Under the pieces are notes generated by a model. It saw only the letters and a list, made by a program, of their open reading frames with translations. It was not told where the DNA came from and searched no databases. The position numbers were made by a program, and so were the translations under genes. A stretch of DNA of 64,000 nt from Candidatus Latescibacterota bacterium. Its GTDB lineage: Bacteria; Latescibacterota; UBA2968; UBA8231. The DNA lies in the NCBI GenBank assembly GCA_965203355.1, contig OZ241889.1, positions 2,560,001 to 2,624,000 of the forward strand. Reading direction: 5' to 3'. This document shows, piece after piece, positions 1 through 9,797 of the stretch (the stretch's first letter is position 1; the number at the start of each line of letters is the position of its first letter).

Positions 1-2568
1 AGCATAGCCCGCGATGGGCGCGGCGAAAAGGGCGGCACTGGCAGCATCGGAATGCAAAAGCGAGACTCGGAGACGGTTCGGGTGACGCTGCGACGCGAGT
101 GGTCGGATATGGCGGAACTCGCGGCGCGTCGGCGCGATGGGGCGAAGCTCCTGCTGGATCACTTGCTCGCTTGCCTGCCGTCCGGGAGTCGGGGTACGGA
201 CTTGCTAGCTGAGACTACCCTCGGCAAGCTGTTGGAAGCGATTACTGCCGACCTGTTTTTCAAGAGCAGAAATCCTGAGAAACTACTAGACCGCGCCCTC
301 CTGTGGCTACACGAGCAGGAGGTCATTCGCCTGCACAAGGGTTTGGCCGTGTTCCGTCAGGCCATGACTATCCGACTGGCTGAGGAGAAGCGCGGCTTTG
401 CCAAGGCCGACTTTGCACCGCTCGCTCTGCACTATAATGGGCAGGTCCTGCAGGTCCATGTGATGAAGGAGTTTGCCGAGCAGGGACTTGAGGCCATGGC
501 TGATGCCCTGCGACTGGCTATGGACTACTTCAATCTAAAGGAGGGGGATTTCCTAAGCCGTTGGCTACCCGATCGGGACAAGGAGCTTGCGCGGCAGACC
601 ACGCCCGAATCGTGGCGGGCCATCGTCGAAAGCCTGAAGAATCCCATCCAACAACGCATTGTCGCGGATGATCGGGAGCAGACCAACGTGCTGGTACTGG
701 CAGGTCCCGGCTCTGGCAAGACGCGCGTACTCGTGCATCGCATCGCCTACCTAGTGCGTGCAAGGCGCGAAAATCCCCGCGGCATCCTCGCCTTGGCCTA
801 CAACCGGCACGCGGCGGTCGAGATCCGGCGACGCCTCGTGGACTTGATCGGAAGCGACGCCCGCGAAGTGACCGTGCTCACCTGTCACGCGTTGGCCATG
901 CGAATAGTCGGCATCAGCTTCCAAGAGCGGGAAAGGAAACGGCTTGACGACGGTGCATTTCGGGCGGTGCTGCGCCAAGCAATAGCGTTGTTGCGCGGAG
1001 AGGGTCTGGAGCCGGAGGAAGCGGACGATCAGCGGGAACGGCTCCTTGCGGGCTTCCGCTGGATACTCGTAGATGAATACCAAGACATCGGCGCGGATCA
1101 ATACGAGTTGATATCGGCCTTGGCTGGTCGGACCCTAGAGGATGAAGAGCGCAAACTCACGCTCTTTGCAGTAGGCGACGACGATCAGAATATCTACGCC
1201 TTTAACGGTGCTTCGGTGGAGTTCATTCGCCGTTTTGAAGCAGATTATGGGCCCAAGCCCACCTACCTGATCGAAAACTACCGTTCCAGCGGCCACATCA
1301 TCACAGCGGCCAATGCGTTGATTGAGTCGGCTCGACAACGAATGAAAACGGGCCATCCCATCCGCATTGACCGGATGCGTACGAAGAATCCACCTGGCGG
1401 CGACTGGAGTGCGTTGGATTCGGTCGCTCAAGGTCGGGTGCAGATTCTGCCAGCGTCCCCCGATCCAGTCTCCCAGGCGCAAGTTGCGCTGGCCGAATTG
1501 CAGCGCCTCGCTACCCTTTCGTCGGGCTGGGATTGGTCCAAGTGCGCGGTGATCGCCCGCGAATGGAAATATCTGGATTCGGTGCGCGCCGGCTGCGAAG
1601 TCCACCGCATCCCGGTGCAGATGGGAAATGAAGAAATCCCCAGCTTCTGGCACCTGCGAGAAACCCGCATGCTTGTTGAATGGCTGCGCGGACGGGAGCC
1701 GCGGATCGCGAGCAGTGCTGACATGAGGGGCTGGCTGGCCGCGCAAACGCCCGGCCCATGGAACGACCTGCTGCGGCAAGCCTTGGACGAGCACTCCTTA
1801 GAAACCAATGCTGCGGAAATGCCAGTGGATCACTTCATTGAATGGCTGGCCGAGTGGGGGCGAGACATCCGCCGCCGCCAGCGCGGGCTCTTGCTGCTGA
1901 CCGCACACCGCGCCAAGGGATTGGAGTTTGACCACGTGGCCGTGCTCGATGGAGGCTGGAACAATGTCGATAAGAGCGAGGACCCGGACGCGCCGCGCCG
2001 GCTCTACTATGTGGCCATGACGCGCGCCCGGCAGACTCTGGCGCTTGTGCGTTTTCGCGGATCGCGCCCGGCCAGAAGTCGCACTCGGCCTGATTTCGCC
2101 AAAGAGCCTGAACCACCGGCGTATTGGGAGCACTCGCTACCGCATGCCTTTCCGCATAACGGTTCAGTTTTACACCGCACGTCTGACGCTTTACAGCCGG
2201 AAACCCCGAAACTCTCACGTCAATATCGGCGACCCAGCCTGCGCGAAGTCTATCTGAGCTTCGCGGGGCATTGCCGCGCCAACCATCCGGTGCATCGTGC
2301 GATTGCTGCTCTGGCGCCCGGCGATCCGCTAAAAACGCGGATTGCCCAAACTGGATCTTGGGAATTGCTGAACCGGTCAGGGACGGTGGTGGGGCGTCTG
2401 GCCCGAGCGTTTGAGCCTCCACCAGGAACGCGATGTCGATCCGCCGAGGTTTTTGCCATCGTGGCTTGGAGCCGCGAAGCGTCGGAGCCTCAGTACCGCG
2501 ACCGCATACAATGCGATGCTTGGGAGGTAGTGGTGCCGGAATTGGTGTTTGAGCCAGCAGGCGAGTAA
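1..2568 (+). CDS. UvrD/REP-type superfamily-1 helicase region, probably the C-terminal part of a RecQ-UvrD fusion helicase (5' end outside window)
   Basis: Frame open from base 1; motifs VLAGPGSGKT, LVDEYQD, AVGDDDQNIY, ENYRS, LTAHRAKGLEFD, RRLYYVAMTRAR. Confidence 0.85.
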   Translation, partial: SIARDGRGEKGGTGSIGMQKRDSETVRVTLRREWSDMAELAARRRDGAKLLLDHLLACLPSGSRGTDLLAETTLGKLLEAITADLFFKSRNPEKLLDRALLWLHEQEVIRLHKGLAVFRQAMTIRLAEEKRGFAKADFAPLALHYNGQVLQVHVMKEFAEQGLEAMADALRLAMDYFNLKEGDFLSRWLPDRDKELARQTTPESWRAIVESLKNPIQQRIVADDREQTNVLVLAGPGSGKTRVLVHRIAYLVRARRENPRGILALAYNRHAAVEIRRRLVDLIGSDAREVTVLTCHALAMRIVGISFQERERKRLDDGAFRAVLRQAIALLRGEGLEPEEADDQRERLLAGFRWILVDEYQDIGADQYELISALAGRTLEDEERKLTLFAVGDDDQNIYAFNGASVEFIRRFEADYGPKPTYLIENYRSSGHIITAANALIESARQRMKTGHPIRIDRMRTKNPPGGDWSALDSVAQGRVQILPASPDPVSQAQVALAELQRLATLSSGWDWSKCAVIAREWKYLDSVRAGCEVHRIPVQMGNEEIPSFWHLRETRMLVEWLRGREPRIASSADMRGWLAAQTPGPWNDLLRQALDEHSLETNAAEMPVDHFIEWLAEWGRDIRRRQRGLLLLTAHRAKGLEFDHVAVLDGGWNNVDKSEDPDAPRRLYYVAMTRARQTLALVRFRGSRPARSRTRPDFAKEPEPPAYWEHSLPHAFPHNGSVLHRTSDALQPETPKLSRQYRRPSLREVYLSFAGHCRANHPVHRAIAALAPGDPLKTRIAQTGSWELLNRSGTVVGRLARAFEPPPGTRCRSAEVFAIVAWSREASEPQYRDRIQCDAWEVVVPELVFEPAGE

Positions 2569-2702
2569 TTCGACGACAGCCCTTGGTGTGCGGGGATTGC
2601 GTCCACAATTGGCACCGCATCGCCCGCGCCGGAAAAGTTGACAGCCAACGCGGGAACGGCCTTATTTGCGCCCGCCAACCCAATAGCTAAAGGAGTCTGA
2701 AA

Positions 2703-3254
2703 ATGCCGGATGTTATCGTCGTCGGAGATGGGCCGGGTGGATTGAGCGCGGCGCTCTTTCTCGCCAAAAACGACCTGCGCGTTACCGTCTTTGGCCAAGA
2801 CAAAACGCTCATGCACAAAGCCCTGTTGTACAATTATTTGGGCATTCCCAAGATCGCCGGACCCGAGTTCCAGCAGATTGGCCGCCAACAAGTGCGCCAC
2901 TTTGGCGGGGACATTCAGGACATTGAAGTCAGCCGCGTCGAAAAGGGCGATGGGGGCTTTGTCGTTGAAACCGCCGACGGCCAAAGCCATCAAGCCCAAT
3001 ATCTGATCTTGGCTACCGGGCCGAGCAACCCGCTGGCCGAGAGCTTGGGCGTGGCCAAAGAAGCCGATGGATTGGTCGCCGACCGCCATGGCCGCACCGC
3101 GGTCGCCGGGCTATACGTCATTGGCTGGAGTACTCGTCTGAAGAAGATCCAAGCCATTATCTCGGCTGGAGACGGAGCCTGCGCCGCGCTGGACATCCTG
3201 TCGGCCGAGGCCGGCGAGGACATCCACGACTTCGATCGGATCGAAGACGAGTAG
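2703..3254 (+). CDS. Short FAD/NAD(P)-dependent oxidoreductase (thioredoxin-reductase-like)
   Basis: VVGDGPGGLSAA Rossmann motif, LILATG, QAIISAGDG; SD AAGGAG upstream. Confidence 0.85.
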   Translation: MPDVIVVGDGPGGLSAALFLAKNDLRVTVFGQDKTLMHKALLYNYLGIPKIAGPEFQQIGRQQVRHFGGDIQDIEVSRVEKGDGGFVVETADGQSHQAQYLILATGPSNPLAESLGVAKEADGLVADRHGRTAVAGLYVIGWSTRLKKIQAIISAGDGACAALDILSAEAGEDIHDFDRIEDE

Positions 3255-3255
3255 C

Positions 3256-4218
3256 CTACAGCGCGACGACGCGTTCTTCTATGGCGGATTGGGTGGCCGC
3301 GTGCGTTACGGCTAAGGTCTTGACCGCTTCGGCGTAGGAGCAGCGAATGCCGCTAGCATCGCCGGTTTGTACGGCTTGGAGAAAGGCGCGATCTTGGGCT
3401 TGCGTTGGATTGTTGCCCAGTTCAACGACTTCTCGGCCGCTGGGGCGGTCGATGGTGAGCGCACCGGATGCGAGGCGCAGGACTTGGTTTTTCTGGTAGA
3501 GGTCTAAGCCTACGTGCCCGCCCGCGGAGAGCATACAGGCCGAGGTGATGCTGGCTACCGCGCCGCTTTGGAAGCGGAGGTTGGTGACCGAGGCGTCGTG
3601 GACATCGTAGTTGGGGACGTCTTCCATCAGGCCGGTGCGCGCCATGGCGTGGACGCTTTCGACCTCGCCGAGCAGGTAGCGGGCCAAATCGAAAATATGC
3701 GTGGTTTGCTCGACGATTTGGCCCCCGCTCTCGGCCAGTACCCGCCACCAAGACACCCCGGGCATGCCGCCCAGCCAAGAGCCAAGGGCAAACCCCACCG
3801 GCGCATCGCCGAGGAGTTTGATTGCTTTGGCGGTCGTGTCCATGTAGCGCCAGTGATAGCCCACGGCGCTGATTAGGTTTTGGGCGCGGAGGGCCGCTTC
3901 AACGGCGCGGGCTTGTTCTAGGGAAGTCGCCACAGGTTTTTCGACGAAAATGGGCAAGCCGCGCTCAATGGCCGCTAACTCGGGCTGGGCGTGGGCAAAA
4001 GGCGGCAGGCAGATATAGACCGCGTCGAGTGCCTCGCTGTCGTACAGCGCTTCGTAGTGGCTATAGGCCCGGCCCCCGTACTCGCTGGCCGCGGCGAGCG
4101 CCTTTTCTTCGACTACGTCGCAACAGGCAACCAGCTCGGCCTCGTCGAGTTGGGCGAGGGTGCGCAGATGGTGGTTGGCGATGCCGCCCGTGCCGACAAA
4201 GCCGATTTTAATCGCCAT
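3256..4218 (-). CDS. Gfo/Idh/MocA family oxidoreductase
   Basis: GFVGTGGIA, FVEKP, GGQIVEQTTHIFD. Confidence 0.9.
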   Translation of the reverse strand: MAIKIGFVGTGGIANHHLRTLAQLDEAELVACCDVVEEKALAAASEYGGRAYSHYEALYDSEALDAVYICLPPFAHAQPELAAIERGLPIFVEKPVATSLEQARAVEAALRAQNLISAVGYHWRYMDTTAKAIKLLGDAPVGFALGSWLGGMPGVSWWRVLAESGGQIVEQTTHIFDLARYLLGEVESVHAMARTGLMEDVPNYDVHDASVTNLRFQSGAVASITSACMLSAGGHVGLDLYQKNQVLRLASGALTIDRPSGREVVELGNNPTQAQDRAFLQAVQTGDASGIRCSYAEAVKTLAVTHAATQSAIEERVVAL

Positions 4219-4287
4219 GGAAAACTTGATCCGTAGTTAGAGGATGCCAGGCCTGAGAAACAGACCATTTTAAGACTAACGAGTGGC

Positions 4288-4317
4288 ATAGTATGGGGCC
4301 TGCGCCGCCATTGTCAA
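4288..4317 (-). promoter_or_regulatory. Putative sigma70 promoter for the Gfo/Idh/MocA gene
   Basis: Minus strand TTGACA-N18-TACTAT. Confidence 0.45.
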
Positions 4318-4333
4318 GAGACCATCGGATATA

Positions 4334-5062
4334 ATGAACACAACGCAAAAAGGCCAACTCAGCGACTACAAGGTCCACTACAAGGCCGATGCCGAGGCAA
4401 TTGTCGATCCGCAAGCATTGGACCCGAGGCGTCGAGCCTCGGAAGAACGGCGACTGGAGACCCTCGTGCGCCTACTCGACTTGCACCGCGGCGAACGCGT
4501 CCTCGACATCGGGTGTGGATCGGGTTGGCTGGGGGCGCACTGCCAGCGCCGGGGGGCCCTAGTCTGTGCCATGGACATCGGCTGGGTAGGGGTGGCCGGT
4601 GCCAAGGCCCGCTTTGCGGAAGCAGCCTATCAGGTCGGCGATTTGTACTATCTCCCCTTTGCCGCCGAGTGTTTCGACGCGGTAGTGCTTTCCGAAGTGC
4701 TCGAACACCTCGAAGATATTGGCGCGGCCCTAGCGGAGGCGCGACGGGTGTTGCGCCCGCGAGGGCGGCTGGTGGTGAGTGTGCCGTACCGCGAGACCAT
4801 TATCGAGCACTTGTGTATCCACTGCAATAGGCTAACGCCAGCCCACGCGCATCTCCACCGCTTTGATGAGGAGACGCTCGCCGCCTATCTCCAAGGCGAG
4901 GGCTTTGAAATACGCGCGGTGCGGTTGACGACCAACAAACTGCTAGAATTGGCTGGGTGTGCTGGCTGGCCCTATGCCGCTTGGCACTTGGCCGATGCGC
5001 TTTTGAACAAGATCGTTCCCAAACCGGCCTTCCTTTGCATGTTGGGCGTCCGCCGCGACTGA
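4334..5062 (+). CDS. Class I SAM-dependent methyltransferase
   Basis: VLDIGCGSG, FDAVVLSEVLEHL, RRVLRPRGRL. Confidence 0.9.
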   Translation: MNTTQKGQLSDYKVHYKADAEAIVDPQALDPRRRASEERRLETLVRLLDLHRGERVLDIGCGSGWLGAHCQRRGALVCAMDIGWVGVAGAKARFAEAAYQVGDLYYLPFAAECFDAVVLSEVLEHLEDIGAALAEARRVLRPRGRLVVSVPYRETIIEHLCIHCNRLTPAHAHLHRFDEETLAAYLQGEGFEIRAVRLTTNKLLELAGCAGWPYAAWHLADALLNKIVPKPAFLCMLGVRRD

Positions 5063-5157
5063 GCCGTCGCCGCCGATCATCGACTGGGTTTTACCGCAAA
5101 TTCAATGATAGATACGGTGCTAAGCCGAGCGGCGTGGGCACTGTCAAGTTGGGTGCC

Positions 5158-6663
5158 ATGGCTGGACAGAATCGACAGGATCGAAGGGGGCGGCTGACGC
5201 GCAAGATCGGCGTTGTCGCTGCCGGGCGCGCGGCCAATACCGCCGGCATCCTCGCTGTTTATGCGCTGGTCGCCCGCGCTTGGACGCCGGAAGAATGCGG
5301 GCTTTTTGGCGCGGTCTGGCTCGTGGGCAATGCGTTGATCCCGGTGTTTTTGTGCGGGTTGCCTACGAGTTTACTCTACTTCTTTCCCCGGCGGGCCGCG
5401 CCGCGCTTGCTCGTCGGCCAAGTGATGCTGTGCTTGGCCGCATCGGGTTTGGCATTGGCCGGAAGCCTGTGGCTGTGGGGAGGGCCGTTGGCCGATGTGC
5501 TGGTGCAAGCGACCCGCGATGGCGAGCAGGTGGCCGCGTACCTGCTGTTGTTCCTGCCCTATCTCTTTGCGGCGGTCGCGGCCGGTGGGGGCGAAGCCGC
5601 CTTGGTGGCTGCCGATCGCGAGCACTATCTGGCTTGGCTGCAACTGGCCATGAGTGGGGCCTTAGTTGCCGGTGCGGGGGGGGCACTGGGGCTAGGGTGG
5701 ACGCCCGCGCAGGTGCTGGTGCTGTTTTCTGGGGTGGGCGTGTTGCGCTTGCTCGCCATCTGCTGGCTAGTGCGCTTGGCATTGGCCGGGGGGCGATGGT
5801 GGGGGTGGGAAGGGCTGGGTGAACTGATGCGCTATGCGCGCCCGGTTGGCTTCAACGACGCGGTAAATAGCCTCTCGCGCTACGTCGATCGCTTTGTGAT
5901 CTTGCACTTTTTCGCGGCTGGCACTTTCGCCGAATACCATTTCGGGGCCATTGAAGTGCCGATTAGCCTGCTGCTGTCGGCGGTGACATCCGTGTTGATC
6001 CCGGAGATTAGTCGGCTCTTTCAGGCGGACCGGCGCGCCGACATATTGGCATTGTGGCAGCGCGCGGTTTTGCGCTTGGCTTTGTTGGTGTTGCCGCTGG
6101 CGGCCTTTCTGCTCGCTTTTGCTGGACCGCTGATTGGCTGGCTCTTTCCAGAATACGACCGCTCGGCTTGGGTTTTCCGCATCTACCTATTGATGCTGCC
6201 GCTGCGCTGTGCCGCGTACAATCCGCTGCTGGTAGGCATAGGTAAGGCCCGCTGGGCGCTGTGGAGTAGCGTGGGGGACTTGTGCTGCAATATCGGCTTG
6301 AGTTGGGTGCTGATTAGCTACTTGCAGGGGGCGCACCCTGAGTGGGCCTTTCTCGGCCCGGCCGTGGCCACCACCGGGGCGACGTACTTGCAGGTAGCCT
6401 TCTTGTTGGCGGCGATTGGCTGGCACTTGCGCTGTGGCTTGCACCGGCTCTTGCCGTGGGGTCGCCTGCTGAAGACCAGCGCAAGGGTCGGAGCCGCGGC
6501 CGTGGTCAGCCGTTGGGTTAGTGCGGATGTGGGCGGCGATTTTTTGCAGGTGGTTGTAGGGGGGATATGCTTTGTGGTGCTGGCCGGCGTCGCGATTTGG
6601 GCCAACCTGCAAGACCGCGCGGAACTGACCCACACTTGGCGGGCGTTGACGCGGAGGCCTTAG
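5158..6663 (+). CDS. Wzx-like oligosaccharide flippase / polysaccharide biosynthesis protein
   Basis: Many hydrophobic helices, 'ELMRYARP...SRYVDRFVI' pattern of MOP flippases; start moved to ATG 5158. Confidence 0.75.
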   Translation: MAGQNRQDRRGRLTRKIGVVAAGRAANTAGILAVYALVARAWTPEECGLFGAVWLVGNALIPVFLCGLPTSLLYFFPRRAAPRLLVGQVMLCLAASGLALAGSLWLWGGPLADVLVQATRDGEQVAAYLLLFLPYLFAAVAAGGGEAALVAADREHYLAWLQLAMSGALVAGAGGALGLGWTPAQVLVLFSGVGVLRLLAICWLVRLALAGGRWWGWEGLGELMRYARPVGFNDAVNSLSRYVDRFVILHFFAAGTFAEYHFGAIEVPISLLLSAVTSVLIPEISRLFQADRRADILALWQRAVLRLALLVLPLAAFLLAFAGPLIGWLFPEYDRSAWVFRIYLLMLPLRCAAYNPLLVGIGKARWALWSSVGDLCCNIGLSWVLISYLQGAHPEWAFLGPAVATTGATYLQVAFLLAAIGWHLRCGLHRLLPWGRLLKTSARVGAAAVVSRWVSADVGGDFLQVVVGGICFVVLAGVAIWANLQDRAELTHTWRALTRRP

Positions 6664-6947
6664 CCGCTGAGCAAGGCGCTGGCGATCGCCTCCCACTCTT
6701 CGGGCAGCGACGCCTTGCTGTGGGGCTTTTGCGCCCGCTGGTACCAATAGCCGGCGTTGTTTTCGTCGCCTTCGACCCGATGTAAATAAGCATGGACCCA
6801 AGCCCCGATGGGATCGGGCGTTTGCTGGGCTAGCTCGTGGGCTTTGTCCCATTGACCCTTGGCATCGTACCAGAGGGCTTGCAGGGCTTGGGAGGTCTCC
6901 GGCGGGGTTTGTTTTTGCAGGCTTAGTTTGAAGGCTTTGAGGTCCAT
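6660..6947 (-). CDS. Conserved small hypothetical protein
   Basis: ALWYDAKGQWDKAH...AWVHAYLHRVEGDENNAGYWY resembles a widespread uncharacterised family. Confidence 0.8.
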   Translation of the reverse strand: MDLKAFKLSLQKQTPPETSQALQALWYDAKGQWDKAHELAQQTPDPIGAWVHAYLHRVEGDENNAGYWYQRAQKPHSKASLPEEWEAIASALLSG

Positions 6948-7097
6948 AAGGGTCGGCTCCAATCGTCGGGTGCGTCCCCTTAATATAGGCTATCGTAGTG
7001 CGGCCATCCACCGGGGGATCCGCCTTGCCCAAAAAGTGCGTCGCCCTCTATATTTAAAACTTTTAACTTGATGCGAAACAAGGAATTGAGCAAAGAC

Positions 7098-8390
7098 ATG
7101 CCAGTAGGAGTGGGATTGATTGGTTTGGGCACGGTCGGCAGCGGCGTGGTCGAGCTGTTGCAGAACGCGCCCGCGTCGTTGCGGCGGCGCAAGCACGTGG
7201 ATTTTGCATTGCGGAGCGCGGCGGTGCGCGACTTGGACAAGCCGCGCAGTCTCGCCATCGCACCGGAGCTGTTGACGGCAGACGCCGGCGCGGTCGTCGC
7301 CGACCCGCAGGTGCAACTGGTGGTGGAATTGACGGGTGCGCCCCCGGCTTTTGAGTGGGTGAGCGAGGCCCTGCGACAAGGCAAGGATGTGGTGACGGCC
7401 AACAAGGCCCTGCTTGCCGAGCGGGGTGAGGAGCTTTTTGAACTGGCACTGGCCAATGGAGCAGATTTGATGTTTGAAGCCAGCGTCGCGGCCGGCATCC
7501 CCATCATCCGCTCGTTGCGCAACGGCTTGGTCGCCAATCGGGTCGAGTCCCTGTACGGCATTCTCAACGGCACTACGAACTACATGCTCACGCGCATGAG
7601 TCGCGGCGCGGGCGACTACGCCGCCGTCCTCAAAGAAGCCCAAGCCCAAGGCTACGCCGAACCGGACCCCACTATGGACGTGAGCGGCATGGACGCCGCG
7701 CAGAAGTTGGCCATCCTCTGCCGCATTGCCTTCCACTGCACGGGCACGGGCCGCGACGTATTTTGCGAAGGCATCGAGCCGATCGAGAGCCGGGATATTG
7801 AATACGCCCGCGAGCTGGGGTATGCGATCAAGTTGCTGGCTATTGCCAAGCAACAGGACGGGCGCGTCGAGGCCCGGGTGCATCCGGCCATGGTGCCAAA
7901 AGACGCGCTATTGGCCAACATCCACGATGAGTTCAACGCCATTCAGGTGCAGGGGTCTGCGGTGGGGCCGCAAGTGTTTTCTGGCCGCGGTGCTGGGCGA
8001 CTGCCCACGGCCAGCGCTGTGGTGGCGGATATGGTCGAGCTGGTCGAGCGCAAGGCCGCCGGTGCGAGCACGTCCATTGGCGACATGGTTTTGGGCGAGG
8101 ACGCCGTCTCGGTTGTGCCCATTGAGAATGTGCCGATGCGCTACTTTATGCGCGTCTTAGTCCGCGACCAGCCCGGGGTGCTCGCTGGTATCTCGCGCAT
8201 TTTGGCCGAGGAGCGCATCAGCATTGCCTCGGTCATCCAAAAGGAGCGCGACTTTGAGGGCGGCTTTGTGCCGCTGGTCATCGTCACGCACGAGGCGCGC
8301 GAAGCCGCGATGCAGCGGGCGCAGCAGGCCGCGGCCACACTCGATGCGGTACAAGGGGCGGTCAAGCTCATCCGCATGGAGGATCTCTAA
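7098..8390 (+). CDS. hom: Homoserine dehydrogenase with C-terminal ACT domain
   Basis: GLGTVGSG, VVTANKA, FEASVAAGIP, GILNGTTNY, GYAEPDP, GAGRLPTASAV, DQPGVLAGIS. Confidence 0.95.
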   Translation: MPVGVGLIGLGTVGSGVVELLQNAPASLRRRKHVDFALRSAAVRDLDKPRSLAIAPELLTADAGAVVADPQVQLVVELTGAPPAFEWVSEALRQGKDVVTANKALLAERGEELFELALANGADLMFEASVAAGIPIIRSLRNGLVANRVESLYGILNGTTNYMLTRMSRGAGDYAAVLKEAQAQGYAEPDPTMDVSGMDAAQKLAILCRIAFHCTGTGRDVFCEGIEPIESRDIEYARELGYAIKLLAIAKQQDGRVEARVHPAMVPKDALLANIHDEFNAIQVQGSAVGPQVFSGRGAGRLPTASAVVADMVELVERKAAGASTSIGDMVLGEDAVSVVPIENVPMRYFMRVLVRDQPGVLAGISRILAEERISIASVIQKERDFEGGFVPLVIVTHEAREAAMQRAQQAAATLDAVQGAVKLIRMEDL

Positions 8391-8501
8391 CGTGCGCTAC
8401 GTGGTGTTGGTGCCCGACGGGGCGGCCGACTATCCGCTCGACGAACTGGACGGGCAGACGCCGTTGGAGGTGGCCGCTACGCCCTGCATGGATCGCTTGG
8501 C
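8380..8501 (+). repeat. 122-bp direct repeat, copy 1 (end of hom plus 5' end of apgM)
   Basis: Matches 10912-11033 except T/C at 8471/11003. Confidence 0.95.
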
Positions 8502-8535
8502 CAGAGAGGAGAATCTTTATGTTGAAACAATCTGA
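8392..8535 (+). pseudogene. Duplicated 5' stub of apgM running into the insert
   Basis: VRYVVLVPDGAADYPLDELDGQTPLEVAATPCMDRLARE then ENLYVETI*; overlaps the next start codon. Confidence 0.85.
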
Positions 8536-9781
8536 TGTGTTACACTCATGCTGTGATGGGGATAACTGGATTAGAGAAGCTCTGTGTAAAACGGAACCAT
8601 ATATATACGAAGAAGTAGAAAAGTCTTTGGCAACCAAACTATTAGATAAAATTTATCTTGATGCTGATGCTATCGAAAAACCCCTCCACCTAGCGGCAGC
8701 TTTTGACTTGCTAGTAGCAGCAGAGTACTACCGCACTGTCGCTTCTGAAGGATGGGGGCATTGCCTCGATAAAGGTTGTTCGCTTCTATTCTATCCGTAT
8801 GTCAATGCCTGTCCAAGATGTTTACTCCAAGGCCAATTTGTGTTTCACAAGGCCAATAAACCGAAGTCTGGTTCGATTGGTTTAGCAACCTCAAAACTTT
8901 TAGCTCTTTTTTTGCAAAAACTGCTTCATAAGAAGGGGTCTCCCATTGAGGTCGTGAAGGGAAATGAGCCAGTAGATTTGGTTTTTAGAGATAACTCATC
9001 GGGTTCCGAAGTGGTCTTCTTTGCAGAGATTAAAGCAGCACCTCTTTTCACGTTACCATTGGCTATTAAAGACCAGAGATCGGCTACAGCAGTGGAGCAT
9101 TCAATGGAAACTACTCAGCATGAGGAGATATATTGTACAGGACTTTACGATTCTGAAATAGGCATATATTTACCATACAAAAAGGATGAGGTTACTTGGG
9201 GCGGACAGATTTTCCCATTAGGAAAAAAGGTTGATCAAGAAGATGAGGCATGGGCATACAATGGATTAATTAATCTTTTAGACTCAGATCCTTCATTTAT
9301 AGAGGGTTATTTTGAATTCTGGAAAGAGGCATTTGAATGCTATGGTAGCCGCCTTAAGAAAAACCCATACTGGTTTACTAATGCCTGTGGAGGTCCTGAT
9401 CCAAGACCTATTACTTGGCCAAAAAGAAAAGGAACAGGTTATGAGACTATTTCTGACGGCAAAACAAGTGTGGGTATGGATAGGACAGATGATCTTAAAA
9501 AAGCTATCTATCAAGTATTGAAGATTGGGACTGCTGGTAAGCCCACGTGTACCTTTAAGTATAAAGTGGGCATTGTGACGAACATTCCCGCAGTTAGGCA
9601 TCATGGAGAGTACATAGAGCCAGTTAAAGATATAATTTGGGCAAGGGACGAATCAGCATCTGCTCAATACGTTGGTGATTTAGCTAAAGATAAAGGGCTG
9701 TTTAATCTCTTTGATGGTATAGTTTCTTTGACTGAGGTTTCAGCTCGTGATGAATGGATTAAGGCTACATTCACTTTTTGA
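8519..9781 (+). CDS. Putative type II restriction endonuclease (PD-(D/E)xK-like, Cys cluster)
   Basis: AT-rich; EPVDLVF...FAEIKAA motif, CPRC; directly upstream of a C5 methylase; SD GAGGAG. Confidence 0.65.
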   Translation: MLKQSDVLHSCCDGDNWIREALCKTEPYIYEEVEKSLATKLLDKIYLDADAIEKPLHLAAAFDLLVAAEYYRTVASEGWGHCLDKGCSLLFYPYVNACPRCLLQGQFVFHKANKPKSGSIGLATSKLLALFLQKLLHKKGSPIEVVKGNEPVDLVFRDNSSGSEVVFFAEIKAAPLFTLPLAIKDQRSATAVEHSMETTQHEEIYCTGLYDSEIGIYLPYKKDEVTWGGQIFPLGKKVDQEDEAWAYNGLINLLDSDPSFIEGYFEFWKEAFECYGSRLKKNPYWFTNACGGPDPRPITWPKRKGTGYETISDGKTSVGMDRTDDLKKAIYQVLKIGTAGKPTCTFKYKVGIVTNIPAVRHHGEYIEPVKDIIWARDESASAQYVGDLAKDKGLFNLFDGIVSLTEVSARDEWIKATFTF

Positions 9782-9797
9782 TATGAGGAGGTATATT

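Noticed and set aside
6990-7883. Long antisense and alternate-frame ORFs (also 14228-15004, 40122-40898, 48556-49425 and others)
   Set aside because: Shadows of well-supported genes, expected in GC-rich DNA; no motifs.
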